In this document: piece after piece, positions 37,214 to 48,898 of the stretch
Layout: every line of letters starts with the position of its first letter
How positions within the stretch are numbered: position 1 is the first letter of the stretch
Assembly: GCA_021785175.1 (NCBI GenBank)
Contig: JAJYGH010000077.1
Coordinates: 11,709 to 75,708 of the forward strand
From: Chloroflexota bacterium
Lineage (GTDB): Bacteria; Chloroflexota; Limnocylindria; Limnocylindrales; CSP1-4
Direction: 5' to 3'
Length of the DNA stretch: 64,000 nucleotides
Notes under the pieces: generated by a model
The model's database searches: none
Seen by the model: only the letters and a program-made list of their open reading frames with translations
What the model was told of the DNA's origin: nothing
Program-made: the position numbers and the translations under genes

Positions 37214-39235
37214 CTACACGAGCTCCGGCCGGACCCACTCCTTGCCGAGCACGTGGTGATCGAGGAACGCCAGGACGGTCGCGTACCAGAGCCGCGAGTT
37301 CTGCGGCTTCAGCACCCAGTGGTTCTCATCGGGGAAGTACAGGAACTTCGACTCGACGCCGTGCCGCTGGAGGTCGGTCCACAGCTGGAGCGCCTCGCTG
37401 ATCGGCACCCGGGCGTCGAGCTCGCCGTGGATGACGAGCATCGGCGTGCGGAACGACCCGATCGCACGCGACGGGCTCTGCTCGACGTACCGGTGCGCGT
37501 CCTCGTACGGATTCCCGAACTCGAACTCCCACCAGTTGCCGTCGTCCGTCGTGCCGTGAAACCCGCGCAGCTCGTAGAGGCTCGCGTGGGTGATGATGCA
37601 GCGGAAGCGATCCGTGTGGCCGGCAACCCAGTTCGCCATGTAGCCGCCGAACGACCCGCCCATGAGCGCCTGCCGGCTCTCGTCGATGTCGGGGCGCGCG
37701 ACCGCGGCGTCCACCGTCGCGATCATGTCCGTGAACGGCGCCTCGTTCCAGCGTCCCCACCCGCGCTGCACGAACGCCTGCCCGTACCCGAGCGAGAACG
37801 CCGGGTCGGGGAGGAGGACGGCGTACCCGCGCGAGGCGAGGATCTGGGAGTTCCACCGCCAGTGCCACCCGTCCGTCCACGACCCGAGCGGGCCGCCATG
37901 GACGAACACGACGAGCGGCGCGGGATCGTCGGCCGAGGCCTCGGGCGGGAGCACGAGCCAGGCGCCGATCCGGGCGCCGTCCGCTGCCGTCGTCTCGATC
38001 AGCTCGACCCGGCCGGGCGTGCCGACGGCCGTGGCGTCGAGTGCGGACGATGGCAGGACGCGCGGGGACTGCTCGGACGCGTCGGCGTCGAGCCTCACGA
38101 CCTGGTTCGGCACGCGCAGCGTCGAGCGCAGCGCGTACACGGCCGACCCGTCCGCAGATGGAGCGATGTTCGCGAACGTGCCGTCCGCCGAGAGGCACGA
38201 CACCGTCCCCGTCGCGAGATCGGCGCGGAACACGCCCTCGCTGCCCCGCCGGGCGGCGAGGAAGAAGACGGCCGACCCGTCGGGGGCCCAGGTCGGGGAG
38301 TCGGGCCACAGGTCGGCGGTGGGGGCGAGGTCGCGACCCAGCCCGGACTCGAGCTCCACCAGCCAGAGCCGGCCCTCCTCGGCTGTTTCGGGGTCGCCGA
38401 GTGACGTGCGGACGCAGGCGACCGACCGCCCGTCGGGCGAGACCGCGGGCTGGTCGTAGGAGGCATCGCCGCCGGTGAGCGTTCGCGTTCGGCCGGTCTC
38501 GACGTCGATCGCGACAAGGTTCACGACCGGGCGGCGGATGTCGTCCGACAGCATCGAGGCGACGACCGTGCGGCCGTCGGGCGAGACGTCGAAGCCGCGC
38601 TCCTCGAGCGCGGCCCCCGCGTCGGGCGTCAGGTCGCGGACGTCGGCCGCGGGCTCGGTGCCCTCTGGGATGCGGGCCGACAGGAGGTGTCGCTCGCGCG
38701 GTCCGACGTAGTGGTCCCAGTGCCGGATCGGGTACGACTCGAACAGCAGGGCCGAGACCCCGGCGTCCTTGCGCGCCTTCGCGCGCGCCGCGTCCGCGTC
38801 CAGCGTGCCCGCGTCGCGGTGCATCCTGCCCGCCATCACCACCGTCCGGGCCGAGCGCGCCGCGCGGATGTCCTCGATCCCGCCCTCCGGCGCCAGGAGC
38901 TGACGTGCCTCGCCCCCGTCGGCAGGGAGCAGCCAGAGCGCCTGCGTCTCCCGCTTCGCATCGTCGGTCGCGTCGGGGTCGGGCCGGGCGGAGGCGAACA
39001 GGAGCGATCCGTCGGGGAGGAAGGCCGGGCTGCCCTCGCCGGACGCCGACCGCGTAAGGCGCCGCGGCTCGCGCCGTCCGTCGGGATCGACCTCCCACAG
39101 GCTGTTGACGAGCTTCTTGCCGTCGGGCGCCGGCACGCCCACCGTGACCACGAGGCGCGACCCGACGGGCGAGCAACGAAGGTCGGACAGGCGGGGCAGC
39201 GTGACGAACCGGTCGAAGTCGAACGTCTCACTCAT
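37214..39235 (-). CDS. S9 family serine peptidase (prolyl oligopeptidase/acylaminoacyl-peptidase-like) with N-terminal beta-propeller
   Basis: ATG 39235 MSETFDFDRF...; propeller WD/TolB-like repeats (DGS..FL, SPDG), C-terminal alpha/beta-hydrolase with GGSFGGYM nucleophile elbow and VIHGELDARVP; lies in the lower third of a spurious 1744-aa ORF. Confidence 0.85.
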   Translation of the reverse strand: MSETFDFDRFVTLPRLSDLRCSPVGSRLVVTVGVPAPDGKKLVNSLWEVDPDGRREPRRLTRSASGEGSPAFLPDGSLLFASARPDPDATDDAKRETQALWLLPADGGEARQLLAPEGGIEDIRAARSARTVVMAGRMHRDAGTLDADAARAKARKDAGVSALLFESYPIRHWDHYVGPRERHLLSARIPEGTEPAADVRDLTPDAGAALEERGFDVSPDGRTVVASMLSDDIRRPVVNLVAIDVETGRTRTLTGGDASYDQPAVSPDGRSVACVRTSLGDPETAEEGRLWLVELESGLGRDLAPTADLWPDSPTWAPDGSAVFFLAARRGSEGVFRADLATGTVSCLSADGTFANIAPSADGSAVYALRSTLRVPNQVVRLDADASEQSPRVLPSSALDATAVGTPGRVELIETTAADGARIGAWLVLPPEASADDPAPLVVFVHGGPLGSWTDGWHWRWNSQILASRGYAVLLPDPAFSLGYGQAFVQRGWGRWNEAPFTDMIATVDAAVARPDIDESRQALMGGSFGGYMANWVAGHTDRFRCIITHASLYELRGFHGTTDDGNWWEFEFGNPYEDAHRYVEQSPSRAIGSFRTPMLVIHGELDARVPISEALQLWTDLQRHGVESKFLYFPDENHWVLKPQNSRLWYATVLAFLDHHVLGKEWVRPELV

Positions 39236-39324
39236 GCGCGCATCATCGCATCGCGCGGACGGGTCGACGCGGCCGGCAGGCATGTGGGGCGGCGAGGGCG
39301 CGGAACGGCCGGTCGGCACGCATC

Positions 39325-39353
39325 GACGCTGCCGATGGCCCATCGGCAGCGTC
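39325..39353. promoter_or_regulatory. 29-bp perfect palindrome GACGCTGCCGATGG-C-CCATCGGCAGCGTC in divergent peptidase/ppdK intergenic region
   Basis: Read directly; 14-bp perfect arms, sits ~130 nt upstream of ppdK ATG and ~90 nt upstream of peptidase ATG. Confidence 0.4.
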
Positions 39354-39484
39354 CGGCAGGGCGGCGGTACAATCCCGGCGGTGCTGCGTCCCGTTCTTCC
39401 GCGCGCCCGGAGCCGCGTTTCGACGTCCCCAACGCAGCCGATGCTCCCGACCGCGAACCGTCCTGCACAAGGAGCCAGCGACTG

Positions 39485-42268
<2,784 letters not shown>

Positions 42269-42314
42269 CGGGTCGCCCTGGCCGGCGCGGTCGGCGCGTG
42301 CCGGCGTCAGCCTC

Positions 42315-42590
42315 ATGATGACGCTCGAGACGGCGATGCTCGGCCGCGAGCCGTTCACGGCGACGATCTCGCACCTCGTGGACAACGTCATCCTCCTGCG
42401 ACACACGCTCGAGACGGGCCGGATGGCGCGCGCGATCGCCGTCCTCAAGGCACGCTCGAGCCGTCATGAACAGGTGCTTCGCTCGCTGCGGATCGACGAG
42501 CACGGGGTCGAGATCGGCTCAGCCGACGATGCCGACTGGGCCGCTCCCGATGCACTGGAGGCCATCGCCGAGGCTCGCGGCCAGCGGTGA
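42315..42590 (+). pseudogene. Orphan C-terminal fragment of a KaiC/RecA-superfamily ATPase (last ~90 aa only)
   Basis: ATISHLVDNVILLRHTLETGRMARAIAVLKARSSRHEQVLRSLRIDEHGVEIG aligns with the KaiC CII C-terminal segment (TI-DTIILLQYVEI-GEM-RAI-V-KMRGS-HDK-IREF-I---G--I); no upstream ATPase domain present (ppdK ends 47 nt upstream). Confidence 0.6.
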
Positions 42591-43570
42591 GCGATCCGTT
42601 CCGCGAGGGCGGCCGGTCTGGACGCGACCGACGGGACCCGCGGACCGCGGAGCGTGTGGGGATCGGGGCGTCCGCGACCGGCGCCGTCCTGTTCGGCAGC
42701 TCGTATGTCGCCACCGCGTTCGTCCTGCGCTCGTTCCCGCCGCTCGGTGCTGCCGCGTGGCGGGGGCTGCTTGCCACGCTCGCACTGGGGATCGTGCTGG
42801 GGGCCGGCGGCCTCGGGCCACGTCCATCGCGTCCCACCGGGCCGCAGCTCGCTCGGCTGATCGTGCTCGCGCTCACCGGAGGGCTGGTCTTCATCGTGTT
42901 GATGAACACCGCGGTGCAGGACGCGGGCCCGACCATCACGTCGTTCGTGGCCGGGCTCTACGCCGTCCTCGCCGCGGTCCTCGCGCCGGTCGTGCTGCGC
43001 GAGGGGCTCAGCCGCGCGGCCGTGATCGGGTTCGTGCTGGCGCTCGTCGGGACGCTCCTGCTGGCCGAGCTCCACGCCACGTCGTCCACGCTCACGGGGG
43101 TGCTCGTGGGGCTCGGGGCCGCGGTCTCGTACGCCCTGTTCCTCGTGCTCTCGCGCCGCTGGTCCGTGCCGTGGCGGCTGTCCGGACCGGTCGTGACGTT
43201 CGGGACCGTCGTCGCGACGGGTGTCCCGCTCGCGGCCTGGCTCCTCGCGACCGACCCGGCCGCGCTCCTGCCCGCCCATCCGCGGACCGACGCGCTGCTC
43301 GCGCTGGGCTGGCTCGCGATCTTTCCCGGGGTCGTGGCCGTCACCCTGATCGTCATCGGGGTCCAGCGGCTCGACGCGCGCCGCTCGTCCGCGTTCCTGC
43401 TGCTGAACCCGGTCGCGGCCGCGCTGCTCTCATGGCTGCTCCTCGGGGAAGGCCTGAGCCCGAGCCAGTTCGTGGGCGCGGCCCTCGTGCTCGCCGGGAT
43501 CGCGTCGGCGTCCGGCGCGGTGTCGTGGGCGGCGTCGTCGGTGCGCGACTGGCGCGGCGCCGCGACCTGA
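42587..43570 (+). CDS. EamA/DMT-family transporter
   Basis: Ten predicted TM helices in two EamA-like halves; GTG overlaps fragment stop. Confidence 0.7.
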   Translation: MSDPFREGGRSGRDRRDPRTAERVGIGASATGAVLFGSSYVATAFVLRSFPPLGAAAWRGLLATLALGIVLGAGGLGPRPSRPTGPQLARLIVLALTGGLVFIVLMNTAVQDAGPTITSFVAGLYAVLAAVLAPVVLREGLSRAAVIGFVLALVGTLLLAELHATSSTLTGVLVGLGAAVSYALFLVLSRRWSVPWRLSGPVVTFGTVVATGVPLAAWLLATDPAALLPAHPRTDALLALGWLAIFPGVVAVTLIVIGVQRLDARRSSAFLLLNPVAAALLSWLLLGEGLSPSQFVGAALVLAGIASASGAVSWAASSVRDWRGAAT

Positions 43571-43698
43571 CGACCGGGGGACAGGCGCGCGTCAGTCGCG
43601 ACGGCCGCCCGTCCCGATGCCCGTTGCTGCCGCGTCCAGCGACGTTCCCCTTGCCGGCTTCGCGGCGTCCGGCGACGGTCCCGCCGGCCTCTCCGGGC

Positions 43699-44946
43699 CT
43701 ACGCCGGTCCGGATCGAGCGATCGGTCCGGGCCCGGGGGTCGTCCGCGCGCCGGACCAGCGGACGATGCGGTCGGCCGACGTGGCCTGGACGAGCAGCGT
43801 GAAGAGGACGATCCCGAACGTGATCCCCTGGAGCTCGGCCCGGTCGGGGAAGTCGGCCGGCAGCGCGAGCGCCAACGCGACGGCGACGGCTCCGCGGAGG
43901 CCCGCCCAGAACATCACGTGCAGCCAGGCGAGCGGCAGGCGTTCGCGGCCGGTCAGCCGCTCGGCCAGGGCAGACGCGCCGCCGAGCATGAGGTACACGA
44001 CGCCGGCTCGCGCAACGAGGATCGCGACGACGCCCCACGCGATCGGCACGAGCGCGTCGGCAATCCGCGAGACCGGGATCGCGAGCCCGATGAGCAGGAA
44101 CACGAGCGCGGTCAGCAGGAACGCGAGGAACTCCCAGACGACGTCGATGGCCTCCTGCACCCGCTGGCTGAGCCCGACCCGGCGTCCGTAGGAGCCGAGC
44201 ACGACGCCTGCCGCGACCGTCGCGATGATCCCCGACAGCCCGACCCGATCCGCGACGAGGTACGTGCCGTACGCGGCAACGAGCGTCAACGTCAGCTCGA
44301 CGAGGTGATCCTCGATGAGCGCCGCGATCCGGGAGATGACGAAGCCGGAGGCGATCCCGACAGCGACGCTGCCGAGCGTCACCGCGACGAACCGGAGGCC
44401 GGCGTCGCCGAGGCCGACGTGGCCCGTGGTCGCGGCGATCGCGATGGTGAACGCGACAATGCCCGTCCCGTCGTTCAGCAGGCTCTCGCCCTCGACGACG
44501 GTGGCGAGCCGGACCGGTGCACGGAGCCGCCGGATGCTCGCGGTCACCGACGCCGGGTCCGTGGCCGAGACCATGGCGCCGAGCACGAATCCCGACGAGA
44601 GCGACAGGCCGGTCGCGAGGTGCAGCACGACGGCCACGAACGCGGCGACCACGAGGACGCCCGGGACGGCAAGCAGCAGGACCCCGGCCAGGGCGTCCAC
44701 GAGGTCCTCCTGGTCGAGCGAGTACGCAGCCTCGAACACCAGGCCCGGCAGGAGCACGAGCAGCACGAGCTGGGGGCTGACCTGGAGGTGCAGTGGCGGC
44801 GAGACCGCGGAGATCGCAAGCCCCATGAGCACGAGGGCGACCGCGTACGGCAGCCCGACGCGCCTCGTGACGAGCGCGACGAACGCGAGGACGACGAGCA
44901 GGGCGACGAACGCTTCGACGACCTGGACGATCGGCGTGTCGTTCAT
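43699..44946 (-). CDS. Na+/H+ (cation/proton) antiporter, CPA1/NhaP-like
   Basis: Polytopic membrane protein with TDPASV and LLNDGTGIV motifs characteristic of Na_H_Exchanger family. Confidence 0.8.
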   Translation of the reverse strand: MNDTPIVQVVEAFVALLVVLAFVALVTRRVGLPYAVALVLMGLAISAVSPPLHLQVSPQLVLLVLLPGLVFEAAYSLDQEDLVDALAGVLLLAVPGVLVVAAFVAVVLHLATGLSLSSGFVLGAMVSATDPASVTASIRRLRAPVRLATVVEGESLLNDGTGIVAFTIAIAATTGHVGLGDAGLRFVAVTLGSVAVGIASGFVISRIAALIEDHLVELTLTLVAAYGTYLVADRVGLSGIIATVAAGVVLGSYGRRVGLSQRVQEAIDVVWEFLAFLLTALVFLLIGLAIPVSRIADALVPIAWGVVAILVARAGVVYLMLGGASALAERLTGRERLPLAWLHVMFWAGLRGAVAVALALALPADFPDRAELQGITFGIVLFTLLVQATSADRIVRWSGARTTPGPGPIARSGPA

Positions 44947-45302
44947 GCGGGCATGCTAGGCGAGCGGTCGGGCAGCCGCCCGGCGCTCGAGCCGCCAGGC
45001 GAGCCCGCTCGCACGCCGGTGACGGGCGGCCGTCATGCGTGGCGCGTGGAACGGACGCTGACGCGGCGATCAGCGCGCGCCGTTAACGCTCGCCCGGCCT
45101 GCCTCGATCCCACGCCGCAGGCGTCGTGGACCCTGCGTGGGCGGCGGCGCGAAACGCCGGCCCGTCCGCCTGCGGATGCGTGTCCTTCCGCGCCGCCCCG
45201 GCCCGCATGCCGGCGCGCAGCAGCTCGATCTGCCTGCCGGCAGTGCCCCGCGTGACCCCTGCGACGGCCCGCCACCCTCGCCTGGCGGCCGGGCCGGTGC
45301 CG

Positions 45303-45641
45303 TCAGTCGCCGCCCGTGTCGGTGGGCCCCGTCGGCATGTCGGCTGGGCCCAGGTCCCCCGGTTCCGCGCTTCCGAACGCGGTCGAGCTGCCCGTCCCGG
45401 AGCGGGCCCCGAAGGCGCCCGGCGCTCCCTCGCCCGCGCCGCTGCCGCCGAACGCGCCGCTCGCCATGGAGTTGCCGGTCGCGCGGGCGTTCCCGCCTGC
45501 GGCGTGCTCGTCCCAGTGGCCCTCGTGCCCTGCGTGCATGTGTCCGTCGTGGACGTAGTCGGTGTGATCGTCGTGGCCGATGGCCTGGTGCCCGCATCCC
45601 GGGCCGTGCTGGTGCTGATGGTTCGGGTGCTCCTGGTGCAT
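45303..45641 (-). CDS. Small histidine-rich / Gly-Ala-Ser-rich hydrophilic protein (putative metal-binding)
   Basis: ATG 45641 preceded by GGAGG (5 nt spacing); 17 His in first 50 aa (MHQEHPNHQHQHGPGCGHQAIGHDDHTDYVHDGHMHAGHEGHWDEH) then GSGAGEGAPGAFGARSGTGSS tail; high GC3. Confidence 0.6.
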   Translation of the reverse strand: MHQEHPNHQHQHGPGCGHQAIGHDDHTDYVHDGHMHAGHEGHWDEHAAGGNARATGNSMASGAFGGSGAGEGAPGAFGARSGTGSSTAFGSAEPGDLGPADMPTGPTDTGGD

Positions 45642-45695
45642 GTCGCCTCCGTGATGTTCGTGAGGCCGCGTCCCCCGCGGCCGTGGGCAAGCGCC

Positions 45696-45968
45696 TCAGG
45701 CCCCGGCCTTGCCGGGCCTCGCGCCCTGCGACGGGGTGCGCCGGTGGCCGGTGTCGACCCACGGCTCGAGCCCGCTCGTGTCCTGGTGCGTCGGCGTGTG
45801 CCCGGGGTGGTGGCCCCGGACGTCCTTCGCGCGGTCCTGCGATCCGCCCTGCCGGGGCTGCCAGCCCTCGTCCTTGCGTTCGCCCTGGTCCTGCCGGCTG
45901 TCGCCGGCACCGCTCTGCCCGTAGCGCCCGCCGCCTTCGTTCGGGCGGTCGTGCTTCTGACCACTCAT
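45696..45968 (-). CDS. Small highly hydrophilic Gly/Gln/Arg/Asp-rich protein (general-stress/KGG-like disordered protein)
   Basis: ATG 45968 preceded by GGAGG (5 nt); MSGQKHDRPNEGGGRYGQSGAGDSRQDQGERKDEGWQPRQGGSQD...; no TM, no Cys; upstream part of track ORF 45696..46127 treated as non-coding. Confidence 0.55.
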   Translation of the reverse strand: MSGQKHDRPNEGGGRYGQSGAGDSRQDQGERKDEGWQPRQGGSQDRAKDVRGHHPGHTPTHQDTSGLEPWVDTGHRRTPSQGARPGKAGA

Positions 45969-46026
45969 GCTGCCTCCGTCGCCGCGCGCCGAGCCCGCGC
46001 AGATGCCGTCGATCGGTTGCCTGCAG

Positions 46027-46058
46027 CGTGACTCGCGCGTTCTTGCGCGCGAGTCACG
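46027..46058. promoter_or_regulatory. 32-bp perfect palindrome CGTGACTCGCGCG-TTCTTG-CGCGCGAGTCACG (candidate operator) in divergent promoter region
   Basis: 13-bp perfect arms read directly; 59-90 nt upstream of small-protein ATG (minus) and ~80-110 nt upstream of saccharopine dehydrogenase ATG (plus). Confidence 0.45.
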
Positions 46059-46134
46059 GCGGCCGCGACAGCCTTGCAGCGGCAGTCGACCGTGCGCGCC
46101 GGACGCCGGCGCCGCGTATCCATACACTCACGGC

Positions 46135-47325
46135 ATGGGCTCGTATCGATACGGAATCCTGGGCGCCGGACGTCAGGGGACGGCGGCCGCCTATGACCTC
46201 GTCGTGCGCGGCGAGGCGGCCTCGGTGACGCTCGCCGATATCGATCCGGAGGCGGCGCGCCGCGCGGCCGAGCGCGTGAACGGGCTGACGAAGACCGACC
46301 GCGTGCAGGGAGTCGGACTGGACGTCACCGACCGCGCGGCCCTCGTGGCGTTCCTCCGGCCGCTCGACGCGTTCATCGCGGCGGTGTCGTACAAGCTGAA
46401 TCTCGGGATCGCCGAGGCCGCGCTCGAGGCGGGCACGAGCATGTGCGACCTGGGCGGGCACACGGAGACGGCGCTCGCGCAGATCGGCCTGGCCGACCGC
46501 GCGCGCGAGGCAGGGATCGCGATCGTGCCGGACTGCGGCGAGGCGCCAGGGCTCGCGAACAACCTCATGACGTACGCGACGACCCTCCTCGACGAGACCG
46601 ACGACCTGGTGCTGCTCGACGGCGGCCTCCCGCTGAATCCCGACGCCCCGTGGGACTACATGGTCACGTTCGCGATGGACGGGCTGACCAACGAGTACGC
46701 GGGCGGGGCCGACTGGGTTCGGGATGGCCGGATCGTCCACGTCGACACGTTCGACCCGGCCGAGTACGAACTGGTCGACCTTGGCGAGCCGGTCGGCGAG
46801 CTCGAGGCATTCTCCGCCGGTGGCGGCTCGACGATCCCGTGGACGCTCGGAAGGACCGTGCCGTCGATCCGCAACAAGGTCCTGCGCTACCCCGGCCACG
46901 TCGCACAGTTCCAGGCGTTCCAGGAGGCCGGCTTCTTCTCGGAGGAGCCGATCGAGGTCGACGGCGCTCGGGTCATCCCGCGCCACGTCTTCCACGCGCT
47001 CATCGAGCCGCAGATCCGGGCCCCCGAGGGGTTCGAGGACATCGTGATCGCGCACGTGATCGCGACGGGACGCAGGGGCGGGGCACCGGCACGCGCCGTC
47101 GTCGACCTGCGTGCCACGCGCGACGATGCGCTCGGCTTCACCGGCATGGAGCAGACGACCGGCTGGCACGCGGCGATCGTGTGCCATCTGCTGGCCTCGG
47201 GCGCGATCCCGCCCGGCGCCTGCGCGGTGGAGGAGGCCGTCGAGCCCGCGGCCATGGTCGACGCCCTGCGGGAGCGGGGGTTCCCCGTCGAGGTGTCCGT
47301 GGAGACGGCCGTCCCGGCAGCCTGA
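46135..47325 (+). CDS. Saccharopine dehydrogenase (NAD(P)-binding) family oxidoreductase
   Basis: N-terminal Rossmann YGILGAGRQG, family-typical length ~396 aa; internal ATG of track ORF 45967..47325. Confidence 0.7.
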   Translation: MGSYRYGILGAGRQGTAAAYDLVVRGEAASVTLADIDPEAARRAAERVNGLTKTDRVQGVGLDVTDRAALVAFLRPLDAFIAAVSYKLNLGIAEAALEAGTSMCDLGGHTETALAQIGLADRAREAGIAIVPDCGEAPGLANNLMTYATTLLDETDDLVLLDGGLPLNPDAPWDYMVTFAMDGLTNEYAGGADWVRDGRIVHVDTFDPAEYELVDLGEPVGELEAFSAGGGSTIPWTLGRTVPSIRNKVLRYPGHVAQFQAFQEAGFFSEEPIEVDGARVIPRHVFHALIEPQIRAPEGFEDIVIAHVIATGRRGGAPARAVVDLRATRDDALGFTGMEQTTGWHAAIVCHLLASGAIPPGACAVEEAVEPAAMVDALRERGFPVEVSVETAVPAA

Positions 47326-47396
47326 GGGCCCGGGACCGCCCGTCGAGGCGCCATCGGGACGGGGCCAGGCGGTACGATTCGGCCGGGAGGTCCCTC

Positions 47397-48005
47397 GTGT
47401 TCTACCGAACCGACCCGTGGTTGCACGTGATCGTCGGGTGCATGTCGTCGGGCAAGACGGACGAGTTGCTGCGCCTGCTCCGGCGTGCCGAGATCGCGCG
47501 CCGCCGGGTCCTGCTGGTCCGGCCCGACATCGACACGCGCACGCCCGCCGAGTACGCCGAGAGCCGGAGCCACGCGCGCTTCCCCTCGACGCTCGTGCCA
47601 CGCTCGGAGCCCCGCGAGGTCCTGGCGCTCGCGAGGGAGCGCGACGCCGACATGGTCGGGATCGAGGAGGCCGAGTTCTTCGAGCCCGGGATCGTCGAAA
47701 CCGTCGAGGCGCTCCGTTCGAGCGGCCGGCACGTCATCGCGACTGGCCTCAACCTCGACTTCGCCGGCCGGCCCTTCAACTCGATGCCCGCGCTGCTGGC
47801 GCTCGCGGACGAGATCACGACGCTGACGGCGATCTGCATGGTGTGCGGCGAGACGGCGACGCGGACGCAGCGCCTCGTCAACGGGCTGCCGGCCGCGATC
47901 GACGACCCGCTGATCGTCGTGGGGGGTCTGGATCGGGCGGCGGTGGAGGCGTACGAGGCACGCTGCACGCGCCATCACGAGGTGGGCCCGGCGCGCTCCG
48001 GTTGA
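47397..48005 (+). CDS. tdk: Thymidine kinase
   Basis: P-loop VIVGCMSSGKTDELLR, C-terminal Zn ribbon C..C...C..H; GTG start with GGGAGG 7 nt upstream. Confidence 0.88.
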   Translation: MFYRTDPWLHVIVGCMSSGKTDELLRLLRRAEIARRRVLLVRPDIDTRTPAEYAESRSHARFPSTLVPRSEPREVLALARERDADMVGIEEAEFFEPGIVETVEALRSSGRHVIATGLNLDFAGRPFNSMPALLALADEITTLTAICMVCGETATRTQRLVNGLPAAIDDPLIVVGGLDRAAVEAYEARCTRHHEVGPARSG

Positions 48006-48192
48006 GCCTCGCCCCCGCGCGCCGATCGCGTGACACGCGTGTTCGACCGCCGATGCTCGCGGCCGGGGTCGGTCTGGCGTAGCCGGCGGGGCGGGCGGCC
48101 TGCTCCGGCCCTCTTGCCCGTCCTGGCCCGACCGATGGCACTGTCGCAGGCCGGTGGCGCGGGCCGAGACTCGTTCGCCGGAGGTGCGTCGC

Positions 48193-48780
48193 ATGTCTTT
48201 GACGGCGAAGGTCGCGTCCCCGCTGGCGCTGGTCTCCCTCGAGGAGTGCCTGGAGGGAAGGCGGTCGCGTCGCGACTTCTGCCGCGAACCGCTGGACGAG
48301 GACGTTCTGTACTGGTTGTGCTGGGCGGGCCAGGGGATCACGGACCGCGAGGGCCTCCGCACCGCGCCGTCGGCTGGCGGCATCCATCCGCTCGAGCTGT
48401 ACGTCGTCGCGCCATCGTCGGTGTTCCACTACGACACCCGCGGCGACCGGCTCGAGGTGGTCATGCGCGGCGACCGGCGCCCGGCACTGTGCACCGCGGC
48501 GTTCTCGCAGGACATCGTCGGGCTCTCGGCCGCGACGATCGTCATCGCGGCGGTCGAGGGCCGGATGGACCCGCGGTACGGGGCACGGGCGCGACGATAC
48601 GAGCTGATCGAGGCGGGGCACGTGGCGCAGAACATGCTCCTCGCCGCGACGGCGCTCGGCCTCTGTGCGGCCCCCGTCGGGGCGCTCGACGACGTGGCGG
48701 TGCGTGACGTCCTCGAACTGCCAGAGGCATACCTGCCGCTGTACCTCGTCGCCGCCGGTCGCTCGACGCCGTCGCGCTGA
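48193..48780 (+). CDS. Nitroreductase-family / SagB-type dehydrogenase domain protein
   Basis: RRSRRDF, TAPSAGGIHPLELYVV, EAGHVAQNMLLAATALGLCAAPVGA motifs of FMN nitroreductase superfamily (SagB/ThcOx branch); ATG 48193 with GGAGG 10 nt upstream. Confidence 0.7.
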   Translation: MSLTAKVASPLALVSLEECLEGRRSRRDFCREPLDEDVLYWLCWAGQGITDREGLRTAPSAGGIHPLELYVVAPSSVFHYDTRGDRLEVVMRGDRRPALCTAAFSQDIVGLSAATIVIAAVEGRMDPRYGARARRYELIEAGHVAQNMLLAATALGLCAAPVGALDDVAVRDVLELPEAYLPLYLVAAGRSTPSR

Positions 48781-48898
48781 GTTCCGTCCGGCGTTGCCGG
48801 AGGCGCTCGCCGAGCCGAGGGCCAGGCTCCGCGAGGTTTCCACGCCCGGCGCGCGGGACCGAGGGAGGCTCCCGCGCCCCCCGGGTCGTGCCGCTAGC

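Noticed and set aside
48193-48780. RiPP (thiazole/oxazole) biosynthetic cluster around the SagB-type protein
   Set aside because: No YcaO, E1-like or precursor-peptide ORF within the flanking 5 kb. The neighbours are tdk and an MFS transporter.
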